Source of the DNA: Lachnospiraceae bacterium
GTDB lineage: Bacteria > Bacillota > Clostridia > Lachnospirales > Lachnospiraceae
Length of the DNA: 64,000 nucleotides
Direction of reading: 5' to 3'
Assembly (NCBI GenBank): GCA_021203145.1
Contig: JAJQBS010000086.1
Span: forward strand, 8,343 to 72,342
A program made the translations under genes and the position numbers. The notes below the pieces were generated by a model. It ran no database searches and was not told the origin of the DNA. It saw only the letters and a program-made list of their open reading frames with translations. Positions 10,303 to 20,071 of this stretch are shown in pieces (within the stretch, counting starts at the first letter, position 1; the number at the start of each line of letters is the position of its first letter).

Positions 10303-11034
10303 TCAGGAGACTGAATCCTTTGAGACCTCATTTCCGTAAGGGGTTTCATATTTCCCATATTTCCCATATTTTCCGTACTTGCCATATTTTCCATAGTAGG
10401 AACTCCTGCTGTAGTCCACTTTATTTAAAATTACGCCAAGGATCGGAGTATTGGTCTTTTCGAGCTGCCTTTTGATGTCCTGCTCAAACCGGTAGCTGTT
10501 CCACCCTTCCTCAATTACGATGACAGAGCCGTCACTCTTGCTAGCGATAATCGCGCTGTCGACCACACTCCCGAGCGGAGGGGAATCAATCAGAATATAA
10601 TCATAGCTTTCACGGAGTGCTTCCAGCATATGCTCAAAATAAGTACTGCTCAGCAGCTCGGATGGATTTGGCGGTACCGGGCCGGCAAAAGCCATATAAA
10701 AATTAGGAACATTTGTCTGGCAGATAATATCTACCAGGGAAGCCTGTTTTGAAAGAAAATGAGTCAGTCCCTTCATCGACCCTGTCGCGTCCACTCTTCC
10801 TAACAGCGCGGATTTCCTCAGATCTGCGTCAAGAAGGAGCACCTTCTTGCCAATCTCGGAAAGCGAAATAGCCAGATTCAGAATAATATAGGTCTTACCC
10901 TCATTTTGCGTGCAGGAAGTAAAAACAATTGCCTTCTTATCACTTCCACAGAACTGAAAATTTGTACGAAGAGACTTGCAGGCCTCGGCACTGTAATAAT
11001 TAAGCTCCGGTTTTTTTATCTCTATGTATTTCAT
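10303..11034 (-). CDS. CpsD/CapB bacterial tyrosine kinase
   Basis: Walker A QNEGKT, LLLDADLRK, ILIDSPP; C-terminal Tyr cluster YYGKYGKYGKYGKYGKY. Confidence 0.92.
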   Translation of the reverse strand: MKYIEIKKPELNYYSAEACKSLRTNFQFCGSDKKAIVFTSCTQNEGKTYIILNLAISLSEIGKKVLLLDADLRKSALLGRVDATGSMKGLTHFLSKQASLVDIICQTNVPNFYMAFAGPVPPNPSELLSSTYFEHMLEALRESYDYILIDSPPLGSVVDSAIIASKSDGSVIVIEEGWNSYRFEQDIKRQLEKTNTPILGVILNKVDYSRSSYYGKYGKYGKYGKYGKYETPYGNEVSKDSVS

Positions 11035-11789
11035 CGGCTGCTTTTCCTGCCTTTCTTTTTGCGTTCCTTTTTCTTGCGCTTCTTCTTTTCCCGTACGAGC
11101 GTTTCATCCAGAGGCATGGAGCCGAGAACGCTCAGGCCAAGATAACGCTCCACGTCATCCGAAGTCTTTACCTTGTCGTCAAGTATAAAAACAACGACAA
11201 TCACTGCGAGGGAAGCTACAAAGCCGAGCAGTGCCGCGATAATTACGTTTCTCGATATACTTGGGCTCGATTTCTCGGTTGGAATATTGGCGGAATCGAC
11301 AATGTTTACCGACTCCAGCTCCATAATATCCTTAATATGTACCACCGAGGCCTGGCAAACCGCATCCGCGATATCCCGTGCCATAAAAGGATCCGGGTCT
11401 GTGGCGCTGATCGACACGACTCTTGTGTCCGACTCCGCGGACACCGTTAATACTTTTAATAATCCCTCGTATGTAACATCAAGGTCAAGCTCATCAATAA
11501 CAGCCTCAATTACCGTGCGGTTCTGAATCATTTCAATGTAATCTTTTGTCAGGTACGTACTGCTTGTAATATCACTGCTCGTGACCGTGTCAGTTGACTG
11601 GCGGTTTAAAACGTAAATCTTGGCTGTGGATGTATACTGAGGAGTGATAAACCAGGCTGTAATCGCGAAAGAAATGATCGAGCATAACGCAACTGCCAGA
11701 ATCACGTATCCTATTTTACTGATAATAAAGGAAAAAATTTCCCCAAGATCTATTTCTATCTCGTCATTGTTTTGTACGTCTGTTTCCAT
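11031..11789 (-). CDS. CpsC/CapA (Wzz/YveK) chain-length modulator
   Basis: EIEIDLGEIF, two TM segments, PQYTSTAKIYV, SSPSISRN, LGLSVLGSMP. Confidence 0.9.
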   Translation of the reverse strand: METDVQNNDEIEIDLGEIFSFIISKIGYVILAVALCSIISFAITAWFITPQYTSTAKIYVLNRQSTDTVTSSDITSSTYLTKDYIEMIQNRTVIEAVIDELDLDVTYEGLLKVLTVSAESDTRVVSISATDPDPFMARDIADAVCQASVVHIKDIMELESVNIVDSANIPTEKSSPSISRNVIIAALLGFVASLAVIVVVFILDDKVKTSDDVERYLGLSVLGSMPLDETLVREKKKRKKKERKKKGRKSSR

Positions 11790-11888
11790 CCTTTTCCTCC
11801 TGAAAGTTATTCGTTCGTCAAAGTACCTTCATCCGGCCTGCCACAGTGGTTTTCAATGGAAATTCCCCATGAAGCTTATCAGGAATAC

Positions 11889-11953
11889 CTGTCATATGAC
11901 ATGACAGCGGTCTTCAACGTCTTGATTATATACTCTGGCCGGGATTTTGTAAA
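11889..11953 (-). promoter_or_regulatory. cpsC promoter with downstream palindromic operator
   Basis: TTTACA-N17-TATAAT (11953-11925); CTGTCAT-N5-ATGACAG (11889-11907). Confidence 0.6.
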
Positions 11954-11999
11954 GAATTTATTTAGCTTTATGAGATATAAAAATCGCATAAAAATCTGG

Positions 12000-13229
12000 C
12001 TAAAAATCTGGCTCTGCCGCAAGCTGTTCCCGGAGCGGCCGCTCTTTTTTCATGCGTGTAATTTCTACCAGAGAAAGCTTTGTCATATCCACAAGAGTCG
12101 TCCGGATCGGGTCCTGGCGCAGCAAGCCGTCCAGATACAGGAGCAGTTCCTCCTCATCCTCGTTTGATTCCATATTTATGAAGTCAATCAGAATGATACC
12201 GCTCAGATTCCTGAGCCGGATCTGTCTGGCCGCCTCCAGGGCGGCTTCCCTGTTTATCTTATAAAATGCTTTCTGCCTGTCTTTTGCATGTCCCTCATAT
12301 TTGCCTGTGTTCACGTCAATAACACTCAGAGCCTCCGTGGGCTGGATCACAAGGTAACCGCCGGATTTCAGCCAGACGCGGTCGCCAAGCGCACTTTCCA
12401 GCTGCTTTTCGAGAGAATATCGTTTGTAAAGCGGCTGGAGATCATCGTGTAAGAGCGTAAGCTTAGGCACGTCCTCCGGCTGATAAAGCGACAGATATTC
12501 TCTGGCCTCTTCCCAGATCGTTTCGTCATCTGTGACGAACTGCTCCGCTGATTTATCATAGAGATCACTCAGACGCGCAATCCATGTATGCGGCCCGGAA
12601 TACAGGCAGCTATAGCATACCCTGTGCATGGCGTCTGCAGCCAGGGACTGGAACATCGCAAATAACCGGAGCATATCCTTTTGAAGCGTCGGCTGGTCAA
12701 CGCCTTCGGCGTTCGTGCGGACAAGCCAGCCGCATTTGCGCCCGGATGCTGCAGACACTGCCATCTGGGCGTCCTCTGCCTCAATCGTCTTCACCAGTCC
12801 GGTCAGCCGCAGCTTTTCCTCTCTATTCAGCTTCGAAGAGGCGCTGATCTGTTTTTTTCCGACTGTCAGAAGTATATATTTCCCATGAAAGGTCAGATTT
12901 GTAGTGACCGATGGATATTTGGTCTTAATGGCTTCCCTGGATACCTGTACGAGCAATTCATCGCCCTGCTGAGGCCTGGGAGAGCTTCCCTTTTTTGTGT
13001 AAATCGAATGATCCAGCTCACTCAGGGGAATATAGCAGACCGTATTTGGCGCAATTTCAACAAAAGCCGCGCCAATGGTTCTGGAAATATCCCGGATCCT
13101 ACCGATATACAGGTTTCCCAGGATGGATTCCCGGCTTTCACTGTCGCAGTGTATCTCAACCGCGCGTCCGTTTTCCAGCAGAAAGGAATAAATGGCTCCC
13201 CGCATTTTACAAATAAGATACTGGTTCAT
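12000..13229 (-). CDS. rng: Ribonuclease E/G family
   Basis: GNLYIGRI, AAFVEI, LKSGGYLVIQPTEALSVIDVNTG, LSGIILIDFINM. Confidence 0.93.
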   Translation of the reverse strand: MNQYLICKMRGAIYSFLLENGRAVEIHCDSESRESILGNLYIGRIRDISRTIGAAFVEIAPNTVCYIPLSELDHSIYTKKGSSPRPQQGDELLVQVSREAIKTKYPSVTTNLTFHGKYILLTVGKKQISASSKLNREEKLRLTGLVKTIEAEDAQMAVSAASGRKCGWLVRTNAEGVDQPTLQKDMLRLFAMFQSLAADAMHRVCYSCLYSGPHTWIARLSDLYDKSAEQFVTDDETIWEEAREYLSLYQPEDVPKLTLLHDDLQPLYKRYSLEKQLESALGDRVWLKSGGYLVIQPTEALSVIDVNTGKYEGHAKDRQKAFYKINREAALEAARQIRLRNLSGIILIDFINMESNEDEEELLLYLDGLLRQDPIRTTLVDMTKLSLVEITRMKKERPLREQLAAEPDF

Positions 13230-13294
13230 AATATGACTCCGAATTTTCAGACAAAAAAGACCCCTGGCCGGGAGCCGTGAGAGGCAGCTGCCGG

Positions 13295-14008
13295 TTACAG
13301 CACGATTTCAGTCCCAAGATCATAGAGTGACTTCAGATGTCGTGATCCGTCTGTCCCGATATCGGCATAAATTTCGCGGCGATTGATTTCATACGCAAAC
13401 GGATCCGAAGGAACACCGAGTGCGTCCAGGTAAGTATCCAGGACAAGCTCCGGCTTCAGATTTTCCACACTTCCGGCGGCAAGCTGCAAAAACAGGGTGT
13501 CCTCATCCAGAAACCACTCATAAATCATCGGGCGGATATCCACTTCCTTTTCAGAACGCTTTGTCTTTTTCATAACAGGGATGTGCTCCTGTGCAAAGAA
13601 GGAGGAAAATCCGCTTTTCCAATCCGGCTCCGGCATGCGTCCCTTTCGAAAACGCAGCGTATAATCCGCCGCGGCGACAAGGGTCATAGCCTTGTCCGCC
13701 CTGCCCTCCGGTATGCGCACAAAACCGGTCACCAGCAGCTCTTCCGTGCCCGCCTGATTAAGCCGTTCGATCGCTTCCTTTGAGGATACCGGAGTCTGAA
13801 GCTCCATATCCATATACTCTGCGTCGCTTGTCAGGCCGGTGCCGAGCGGGGACGCAAAAGACATGATCATATGGGGGCTGAATCCTTCTGTATAAGTGAC
13901 ATCCAGTCCCGCTCTGCGGATGGTCTTCTGGAAATAGCGCATGACATCGAGATGTCCGATAAATTTCATATTCCCTTTTTTGGAAAACCTAACCCTTACT
14001 TTCAACAC
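13295..14008 (-). CDS. TIGR03936/DUF2344 radical SAM-associated protein
   Basis: RFSKKGNMKFIGHLDVMRYFQK...GFSPH; GTG start chosen by RBS spacing. Confidence 0.9.
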   Translation of the reverse strand: MLKVRVRFSKKGNMKFIGHLDVMRYFQKTIRRAGLDVTYTEGFSPHMIMSFASPLGTGLTSDAEYMDMELQTPVSSKEAIERLNQAGTEELLVTGFVRIPEGRADKAMTLVAAADYTLRFRKGRMPEPDWKSGFSSFFAQEHIPVMKKTKRSEKEVDIRPMIYEWFLDEDTLFLQLAAGSVENLKPELVLDTYLDALGVPSDPFAYEINRREIYADIGTDGSRHLKSLYDLGTEIVL

Positions 14009-15854
14009 AGACACCTCCTCCGTAACAGCCGGCGCCGCACCCGGAACATTTCTGCCTGCAATTCGGCGTGACAGAAGCTTCCTTTGCTTTCTGCCATTCT
14101 TTTTTCAGAAACTGTTTCGTCACGCCGATGTGAATAAAATCCCAGGGAAAGATTTCATCCTCGCCACGCTCCCGGGTCGTATAAAAATCCATATCCAATC
14201 CGGTACGCGCAAAAGCATCCAGGTAGCGGTCATAGTTCCAGAACTCTGTCCAGGCGTCATACAGGGCTCCATGCCGGTAAGCATCCAGAATCACGCTCGC
14301 CACGCGCCTGTCGCCTCTGGCGAAAACTCCCTCAAGGAGCGTCACGTCCGCCTGATGCCAGTTGTAGCGGATGCTTTTGTGATTTAGCGTCTCCTTGATC
14401 TCGTGGTTGACTGTTTTCGCAAATCCCAGATAATCGCCCGCAGGATGCATGGAGGCCCACTGAAACGGCGTGAAAGGCTTTGGCACAAAGAAAGAGGTGC
14501 TTACCGTAATCTGACACTTGCCATTTCGTTCTTCTTTGGGTAGTTCATAGTATTTTCTGGCAATCGCGTCCGCCAGGTGCGCGATGGCCCTTCTATCCGG
14601 ATCCGTCTCATAGGGGAGGCCAAGCATAAAATAAAGCTTGACCTTATTCCAGCCGCCGCGGAAGGCTTCCGAAGCGCCCTGCAGAATCACTTCTTCTGTC
14701 AGTCCTTTATTAATCACATCCCGCATACGCTGGGATCCGGCCTCCGGTGCAAAGGTCAGACTGCTCTTTCTGACATCCTGCACCTTGCTCATGACATCCA
14801 GAGAGAAGGAGTCAATACGAAGTGAAGGAAGGGAAATATTGATCTTCCGGCTCTGGCACTCCTCCATCAGGAACCCGACAAGCTCACCCAGCTCACTGTA
14901 ATCGCTGGAGCTGAGCGAGCTCAGGGAGATCTCCTCGTGTCCTGTCGCACTCAGCATCCGTGAAGCATGCTCCTTCAGAGAGTCCAGGGAGCGCTCTCTT
15001 GTCGGGCGGTAAATCATGCCTGCCTGGCAAAAACGGCATCCCCGGATACAGCCGCGCTGGATCTCCAACACCACCCGGTCCTGGGTCACCTTCATATAAG
15101 GCACCACAGGCTTCTCCGGATAAGGCGCACTGCTCAGGTCCATGACGACCTGTTTTTCAATCACGGCCGGGACATCCGGCTCTTTCGGGAGAAAGGACGC
15201 GATCGTCCCATCCTCCCTGTAGGTCACCGCGTAAAGAGACGGCACATAAATGCCGGGGATTTTTGACGCTCTGCGCAGAAAATCATCCCGCGGGGCCTGT
15301 TCGGCGCGGCACTGCTCATAGAGGTCGAACAGCTCGTCATATACGGTCTCACCCTCGCCGATGTAAAACAGATCGAAAAATGCGGCCAGAGGCTCCGGGT
15401 TGTAGGCGCAGGGGCCTCCCCCGATCACAATCGGATCCGACTCGCAGCGGTCTGCGGCAAGCAGCGGAACCTGCGCCAGATCCAGAATCTGCAGTACATT
15501 GGAATAGCAGAGCTCATACTGCAGCGTTACGCCGATAAAGTCAAAGTCACGGATCGGATCCTGGGACTCCAGGGCAAATAACGGTATTTTTTGCTCGCGC
15601 ATAATTTTGTCAAGATCCACCCACGGCGAAAAGACGCGCTCACACCAGACATCCTCGCGTCTGTTAAACATGTCATATAAAATCTGCATTCCTAAGTGGG
15701 ACATGCCGATCTCGTATACGTCGGGAAAGACAAATGCAAATCTTAATGATATATCTGCAATATTTTTTACTACAGAATTTATTTCGCCCCCGATGTATCG
15801 GGCCGGCTTCTCTACCGAGAGAAGGATTTCGTCACGAAGTGCCAGTTTTCTCAT
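13989..15854 (-). CDS. TIGR03960 B12-binding radical SAM protein
   Basis: VEKPARYIGGE, FPDVYEIGMSHLG, RGCIRGCRFCQAG, C-terminal CRQKCSGCG. Confidence 0.93.
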   Translation of the reverse strand: MRKLALRDEILLSVEKPARYIGGEINSVVKNIADISLRFAFVFPDVYEIGMSHLGMQILYDMFNRREDVWCERVFSPWVDLDKIMREQKIPLFALESQDPIRDFDFIGVTLQYELCYSNVLQILDLAQVPLLAADRCESDPIVIGGGPCAYNPEPLAAFFDLFYIGEGETVYDELFDLYEQCRAEQAPRDDFLRRASKIPGIYVPSLYAVTYREDGTIASFLPKEPDVPAVIEKQVVMDLSSAPYPEKPVVPYMKVTQDRVVLEIQRGCIRGCRFCQAGMIYRPTRERSLDSLKEHASRMLSATGHEEISLSSLSSSDYSELGELVGFLMEECQSRKINISLPSLRIDSFSLDVMSKVQDVRKSSLTFAPEAGSQRMRDVINKGLTEEVILQGASEAFRGGWNKVKLYFMLGLPYETDPDRRAIAHLADAIARKYYELPKEERNGKCQITVSTSFFVPKPFTPFQWASMHPAGDYLGFAKTVNHEIKETLNHKSIRYNWHQADVTLLEGVFARGDRRVASVILDAYRHGALYDAWTEFWNYDRYLDAFARTGLDMDFYTTRERGEDEIFPWDFIHIGVTKQFLKKEWQKAKEASVTPNCRQKCSGCGAGCYGGGVCVESKG

Positions 15855-16052
15855 GGAATATCTATCCTGCCTTTACAGTTCTGTCTTTAAAATCTGTACG
15901 AATCTTATCAAAACAAAAAAAGATCCTCGCAGCACCCTGCACATTTTTATTGTCACCATTTTAAGGTTTATCCGCAGGAATGTCAATGAATTAATTTCGC
16001 AGGGCGCGTGCAGCGTAAGCTGCTAATTTCTTTACGCGCCCCGCGCACATAG

Positions 16053-16086
16053 AAAAAGCGGGGAGGCCTTCATCTCCCCGCTTTTT
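16053..16086. terminator. Rho-independent terminator after the solute-binding protein gene
   Basis: AAAAAGCGGGGAG-N8-CTCCCCGCTTTTT. Confidence 0.85.
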
Positions 16087-16125
16087 GTACATGCGGCCGT
16101 CAAAGCAGCCGCATCTGCTTAAAGC

Positions 16126-17739
16126 TTACTCAAGCCCGTAGGTCTCGTTGATCTGCTCCTGCAGAGCTGCGGTCACTTCCTCGATACCCGCGTCGATCAG
16201 GGCCTGCTGGTACTCCGCTACGATCTCTTCCGCCGTACCGGTATATTTGCCATAAGCGATCTGCTTCATGTAGTTCGTATGGATTTCAGAGATATTATCA
16301 ATCATATACGAAATCTCATCGACATTTGCGATAAACTGGCTGTACTGATACGCAATCGCGATCTCATCATACTCAGCATAGAGCTCTTCGATGGCATCCC
16401 AGTTGTACTCTGCGTTCTTCAGCTCAAGGTCATCATTGCGGCCCCACCAGAAGTTCACCATACCGGCGATGTTCTGTGTCTCAGAATCATAGTCTTCCGG
16501 AGTCGTCTTGTATCCGTCCTCGGTGATCTCATAGGAAACGCCCTCGATACCATAGTTGAACAGACGGTAGCAGGTCTCATCATTGCGGAGCAGGTCATAA
16601 ACCATCAGAGCTCTCTCCGGGTTCTCGCTGGCCGCGGAAACTGCCATCACACCATGCGTAACAGACAGAGAAACCAGGTTGCCGCTCTCTTCGCCAAAGT
16701 AGAAGAAGCCAACCTCTGCATCCTCATCGGTGTCATAGATCGTGTTCGCGTCGGTGTCGCTGCAAAGATCGGTCCAGGTCTGGGTGTGATGCTGCTCAGC
16801 CGCCACCTGGCCTACGCGGAACTCATCGCGGTTGTTCAGGTCCGTGTTGTTCAGAACGTCGGTCATCCATACGCCCATTTCATCCCATTCCTTCATCAGC
16901 TCGGCGAACTCCACCAGGAGATCCGTCTCGGTCAGATACGGAGAATAGATGGTGTAAGGATCATCCGAAGTGCCGCCCCACATAGCGCCGGAGTTGATGC
17001 CGTCGATGGAAATGTAGTTCGTGTTGGATGTGATCCAACCGCCAACCATCGTCGCATACTGTGTGCCGTCCGCGTTCCACGCATAGAGCAGGTCGTCGCC
17101 GTAAGCTTCGATGACATATGCGAAGTAGGTCGTCATATCCGCCCAGCTGTTGACGCCATCCTCAAGGCCGGCCTCTCTCGCCCAGTCAAGACGATAAGAA
17201 AAACCGTGGTTGGTCCACTGTGCGTAATTGTCCTCCGGGATAAAATAGATATCTCCGTTATACGTGCAGGCTTCCCAGCTCTCATCTGATACATTTGCCC
17301 AGGTTGCCGGAGCATAGGTAGCGAGCATTTCCTCAGACAGCTCAAGGAAAGCGCCGTTCTTTGCGTTCGGCCATGCATCCAGCCAGTCCGTGGAAGATCC
17401 TACCAGGTCAACAGAGCCGTCCATGCTCGCCAGAGTCAGGTTGTAGTTGGAAAGATAATCCGTCCACTCGATGTAGTAGATCTCGATCTCCGCATTCACC
17501 TTCTCGGTCAGGATCGCGTTCAGCTCGTCCAGCATCGCGTTCAGGTTGTCAAGAGCCTCACCGGTCGGCTTGTCGCCTGTGGTCATATAATTGATGACTA
17601 CATGCTCAGAGGTGTCTACATCCTCCCAGCCTGCCCAGTAATCGGTGGTCTCTTCCTCTGCCGACGCGGTCATGCCCACGCTCATCATGGACAGCACCAT
17701 TGCAGACGTCAGCAACAGTGAAATCATTTTTCTTTTCAT
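16126..17739 (-). CDS. Carbohydrate ABC transporter solute-binding protein (DUF3502 type), very acidic
   Basis: GGAGG RBS; signal peptide ending TASA; GEIYFIP-like and LFNYGIEGVSY motifs; downstream of two permeases. Confidence 0.88.
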   Translation of the reverse strand: MKRKMISLLLTSAMVLSMMSVGMTASAEEETTDYWAGWEDVDTSEHVVINYMTTGDKPTGEALDNLNAMLDELNAILTEKVNAEIEIYYIEWTDYLSNYNLTLASMDGSVDLVGSSTDWLDAWPNAKNGAFLELSEEMLATYAPATWANVSDESWEACTYNGDIYFIPEDNYAQWTNHGFSYRLDWAREAGLEDGVNSWADMTTYFAYVIEAYGDDLLYAWNADGTQYATMVGGWITSNTNYISIDGINSGAMWGGTSDDPYTIYSPYLTETDLLVEFAELMKEWDEMGVWMTDVLNNTDLNNRDEFRVGQVAAEQHHTQTWTDLCSDTDANTIYDTDEDAEVGFFYFGEESGNLVSLSVTHGVMAVSAASENPERALMVYDLLRNDETCYRLFNYGIEGVSYEITEDGYKTTPEDYDSETQNIAGMVNFWWGRNDDLELKNAEYNWDAIEELYAEYDEIAIAYQYSQFIANVDEISYMIDNISEIHTNYMKQIAYGKYTGTAEEIVAEYQQALIDAGIEEVTAALQEQINETYGLE

Positions 17740-17806
17740 TGATTTCCTCCTTTTGAATGAATTGATAGTAACGAGCGGCAAATAATCTTTGCCGACAGGC
17801 TCTTAC

Positions 17807-17830
17807 CGGCAGCTCCCAGGGGAGCTGCCG
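17807..17830. other. Perfect GC-rich stem-loop between permease and SBP genes
   Basis: CGGCAGCTCCC-AG-GGGAGCTGCCG. Confidence 0.6.
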
Positions 17831-18073
17831 ATTGCTATATTATCCCGCAGTGGCAGACATTCCCTCCTGCCAAAGCTGTGCGAAGCACACGCACATGGCC
17901 CGAGCCATCCTGCACCGTTTTCCGGAAACAGCTCCCGGATCCGGCCGGCATTTAAGGATGCTCGCCGCCGGACGATGCGTCGGAAGCCTTCTCTGCGGAA
18001 GAATATCATAAATACAGGGGTAAAAGATCCGGCACTTTTGATTTTGTCATGTCGGCACATGCCAAAGCCAAAA

Positions 18074-18997
18074 TCAGCCCTTCACAGCGCCTACCGTGAT
18101 ACCTTTTACAAAATACTTCTGCACGAACGGATACACCAGCACCACCGGGCCGGTGGCGAGCACCGCGTTCGCCATTTTTACGCTGACTGTCGGAATATCC
18201 GTGACGTTGACGTACTGTCCGGCTACGGACTGTTTCAGCGTGGATGTCTTGTTTACAACTTCATAGAGCATGTACTGCAACGGCTTCACATCTACCTTGG
18301 AGCTTAAAAACAGGGAGGACTGATACCACTCATTCCAGTAGCCAAGTGCCAGGAACAGGCCGATAGTCGCCAGCGCCGGCTTCAGCATCGGGAGGATCAG
18401 GGAATAGAAAATTCTGAAATCCCCCGCGCCGTCGATCTTTCCGGATTCTGTGATCTCGTGCGGAATCGCTTTGACAAAATTCTTCATCAGAATGATCAGC
18501 CACGGCGACATTAACAGCGGAAGCCAAACCGCCAGATAGCTGTCCTTCAGGCCATAGGTCTGCGTTATCAGCAGATAATACGGCGCAAGGCCGGCCGAGA
18601 ACAGGCTCGTGAAGTAAATGTAAAATGAAATAATGTTCCGGAAGAAAAAGTCCTGTCTCTGCAGCGCGTATCCGGTCATGGCGATGATGGAAAGTCCCAC
18701 CAGCGTGCCGGTCACCGTCATAATAATCGTCAGCGCGTAAGACTGGAAAATCAGCCCGCCGCCAAGGACCATGGAATAAGCCTTCAGCGTAAATTCTTTC
18801 GGGAAAATCTGTACGCCGTAGGTGTTGATCGACGCCTCCGAGGTAAAGGACGTGCCGATGATAATGAGAAACGGAATAATACAGCATACAGCGTAAATCG
18901 TGACAAACGCGTAGCCAAATCCGCGGATAATCATATCCGATCTTCCCAGCTTGATTTTCGCGCTGGAATCCATTAAATCCATATCTTTTTTTGCCAT
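18074..18997 (-). CDS. Carbohydrate ABC permease (MalG-like)
   Basis: EAA loop IPHEITESGKIDGAG; ends FVKGITVGAVKG. Confidence 0.93.
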   Translation of the reverse strand: MAKKDMDLMDSSAKIKLGRSDMIIRGFGYAFVTIYAVCCIIPFLIIIGTSFTSEASINTYGVQIFPKEFTLKAYSMVLGGGLIFQSYALTIIMTVTGTLVGLSIIAMTGYALQRQDFFFRNIISFYIYFTSLFSAGLAPYYLLITQTYGLKDSYLAVWLPLLMSPWLIILMKNFVKAIPHEITESGKIDGAGDFRIFYSLILPMLKPALATIGLFLALGYWNEWYQSSLFLSSKVDVKPLQYMLYEVVNKTSTLKQSVAGQYVNVTDIPTVSVKMANAVLATGPVVLVYPFVQKYFVKGITVGAVKG

Positions 18998-19016
18998 TGT
19001 CCGAGACCTCCTATAC

Positions 19017-19973
19017 TTAGAACAGGGAATAATCCGGTTCTATCTTCTTTACGATAAAGTTGACTACCATTACGATCACGAAACCGATCACAGACTGATA
19101 CAGGCCCACGGCCGAAGCGGTGGAGAAGTTGAAGTCTGTCAGGGTCGCGCGGTATACGTAGGTCTCAATGATATCCGTCGTGCTGTACAGCAGCGAGTTC
19201 GTACCAATGATATTGTAGAACAGTCCGAAGTTGCCCTTCACGATGCCGCCGAGCGCGAACAGAAGCAGGATGACGATCGTGCCCTTCAGGGATGGAAGAA
19301 TGATGTAGCGGATCCTCTGGAAGCCATTCGCGCCGTCCACCTTCGCCGCTTCGAGCATGGACTCGTCAATGCCCATAATCGCCGCAAAGTAGACGACAGA
19401 ATTGTACCCGGTCTGCTGCCACAGGTACACGATTACCAGAATCACAGGCCACACGGACGCATTCGAGTACGGGGCAAACAGCTCCAGGCCCAGCGATCCG
19501 AGTACGCCGTTCACAAAGCCGCTGTCATAGTTCAGAAGGTAAAATACCAGCAGGCCGACCAGTACCTGGGAAATGAAGTACGGCAGGAACATGATGGTCT
19601 GCGATACCTTGACAAACTTTCTGCTCCGGAGCTCGTTCAGAAGGATCGCGACAAACACTGCCATGACATTTCCGAGAAGGATGAACGCCAGATTGTAGAG
19701 GATCGTATTCCTCGTCAGCTGAAAGAGCTTACCCGACGAAAACAGGAACTTAAAATTCTGAAATCCGATGAACGTACTTCCGAAAATACCGTCCCGGTAA
19801 TTATATTTTACAAACGCGACATAAATGCCCGGCAGAGGCATATAGTTAAACGCAAAGAAGAAAAGGACGGCAGGGAGACACATCAGAATCAGTACTCTGG
19901 ACTGCCAGACCTTTTGTCCAAACGTCAGCTTGCTCTTATACTTTTTTACAGCTACTTTTTCCTTCGATTTCAT
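19017..19973 (-). CDS. Carbohydrate ABC permease (LplB/MalF-like)
   Basis: EAAKVDGA, FLPYFIS, TDIIETYVYR. Confidence 0.93.
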   Translation of the reverse strand: MKSKEKVAVKKYKSKLTFGQKVWQSRVLILMCLPAVLFFFAFNYMPLPGIYVAFVKYNYRDGIFGSTFIGFQNFKFLFSSGKLFQLTRNTILYNLAFILLGNVMAVFVAILLNELRSRKFVKVSQTIMFLPYFISQVLVGLLVFYLLNYDSGFVNGVLGSLGLELFAPYSNASVWPVILVIVYLWQQTGYNSVVYFAAIMGIDESMLEAAKVDGANGFQRIRYIILPSLKGTIVILLLFALGGIVKGNFGLFYNIIGTNSLLYSTTDIIETYVYRATLTDFNFSTASAVGLYQSVIGFVIVMVVNFIVKKIEPDYSLF

Positions 19974-20071
19974 AAAACCTTCCTCTCATTTCCTGACCCG
20001 GATGGGCCGAATCCCAGATTTTGCCATTGTGAATCCGCACTTTTTTGCAGATACAGGACAACCGCCATTTG

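Noticed and set aside
13295-15854. TIGR03960/TIGR03936 radical SAM pair as a RiPP system
   Set aside because: Conserved chromosomal pair normally found upstream of rng; no precursor nearby.
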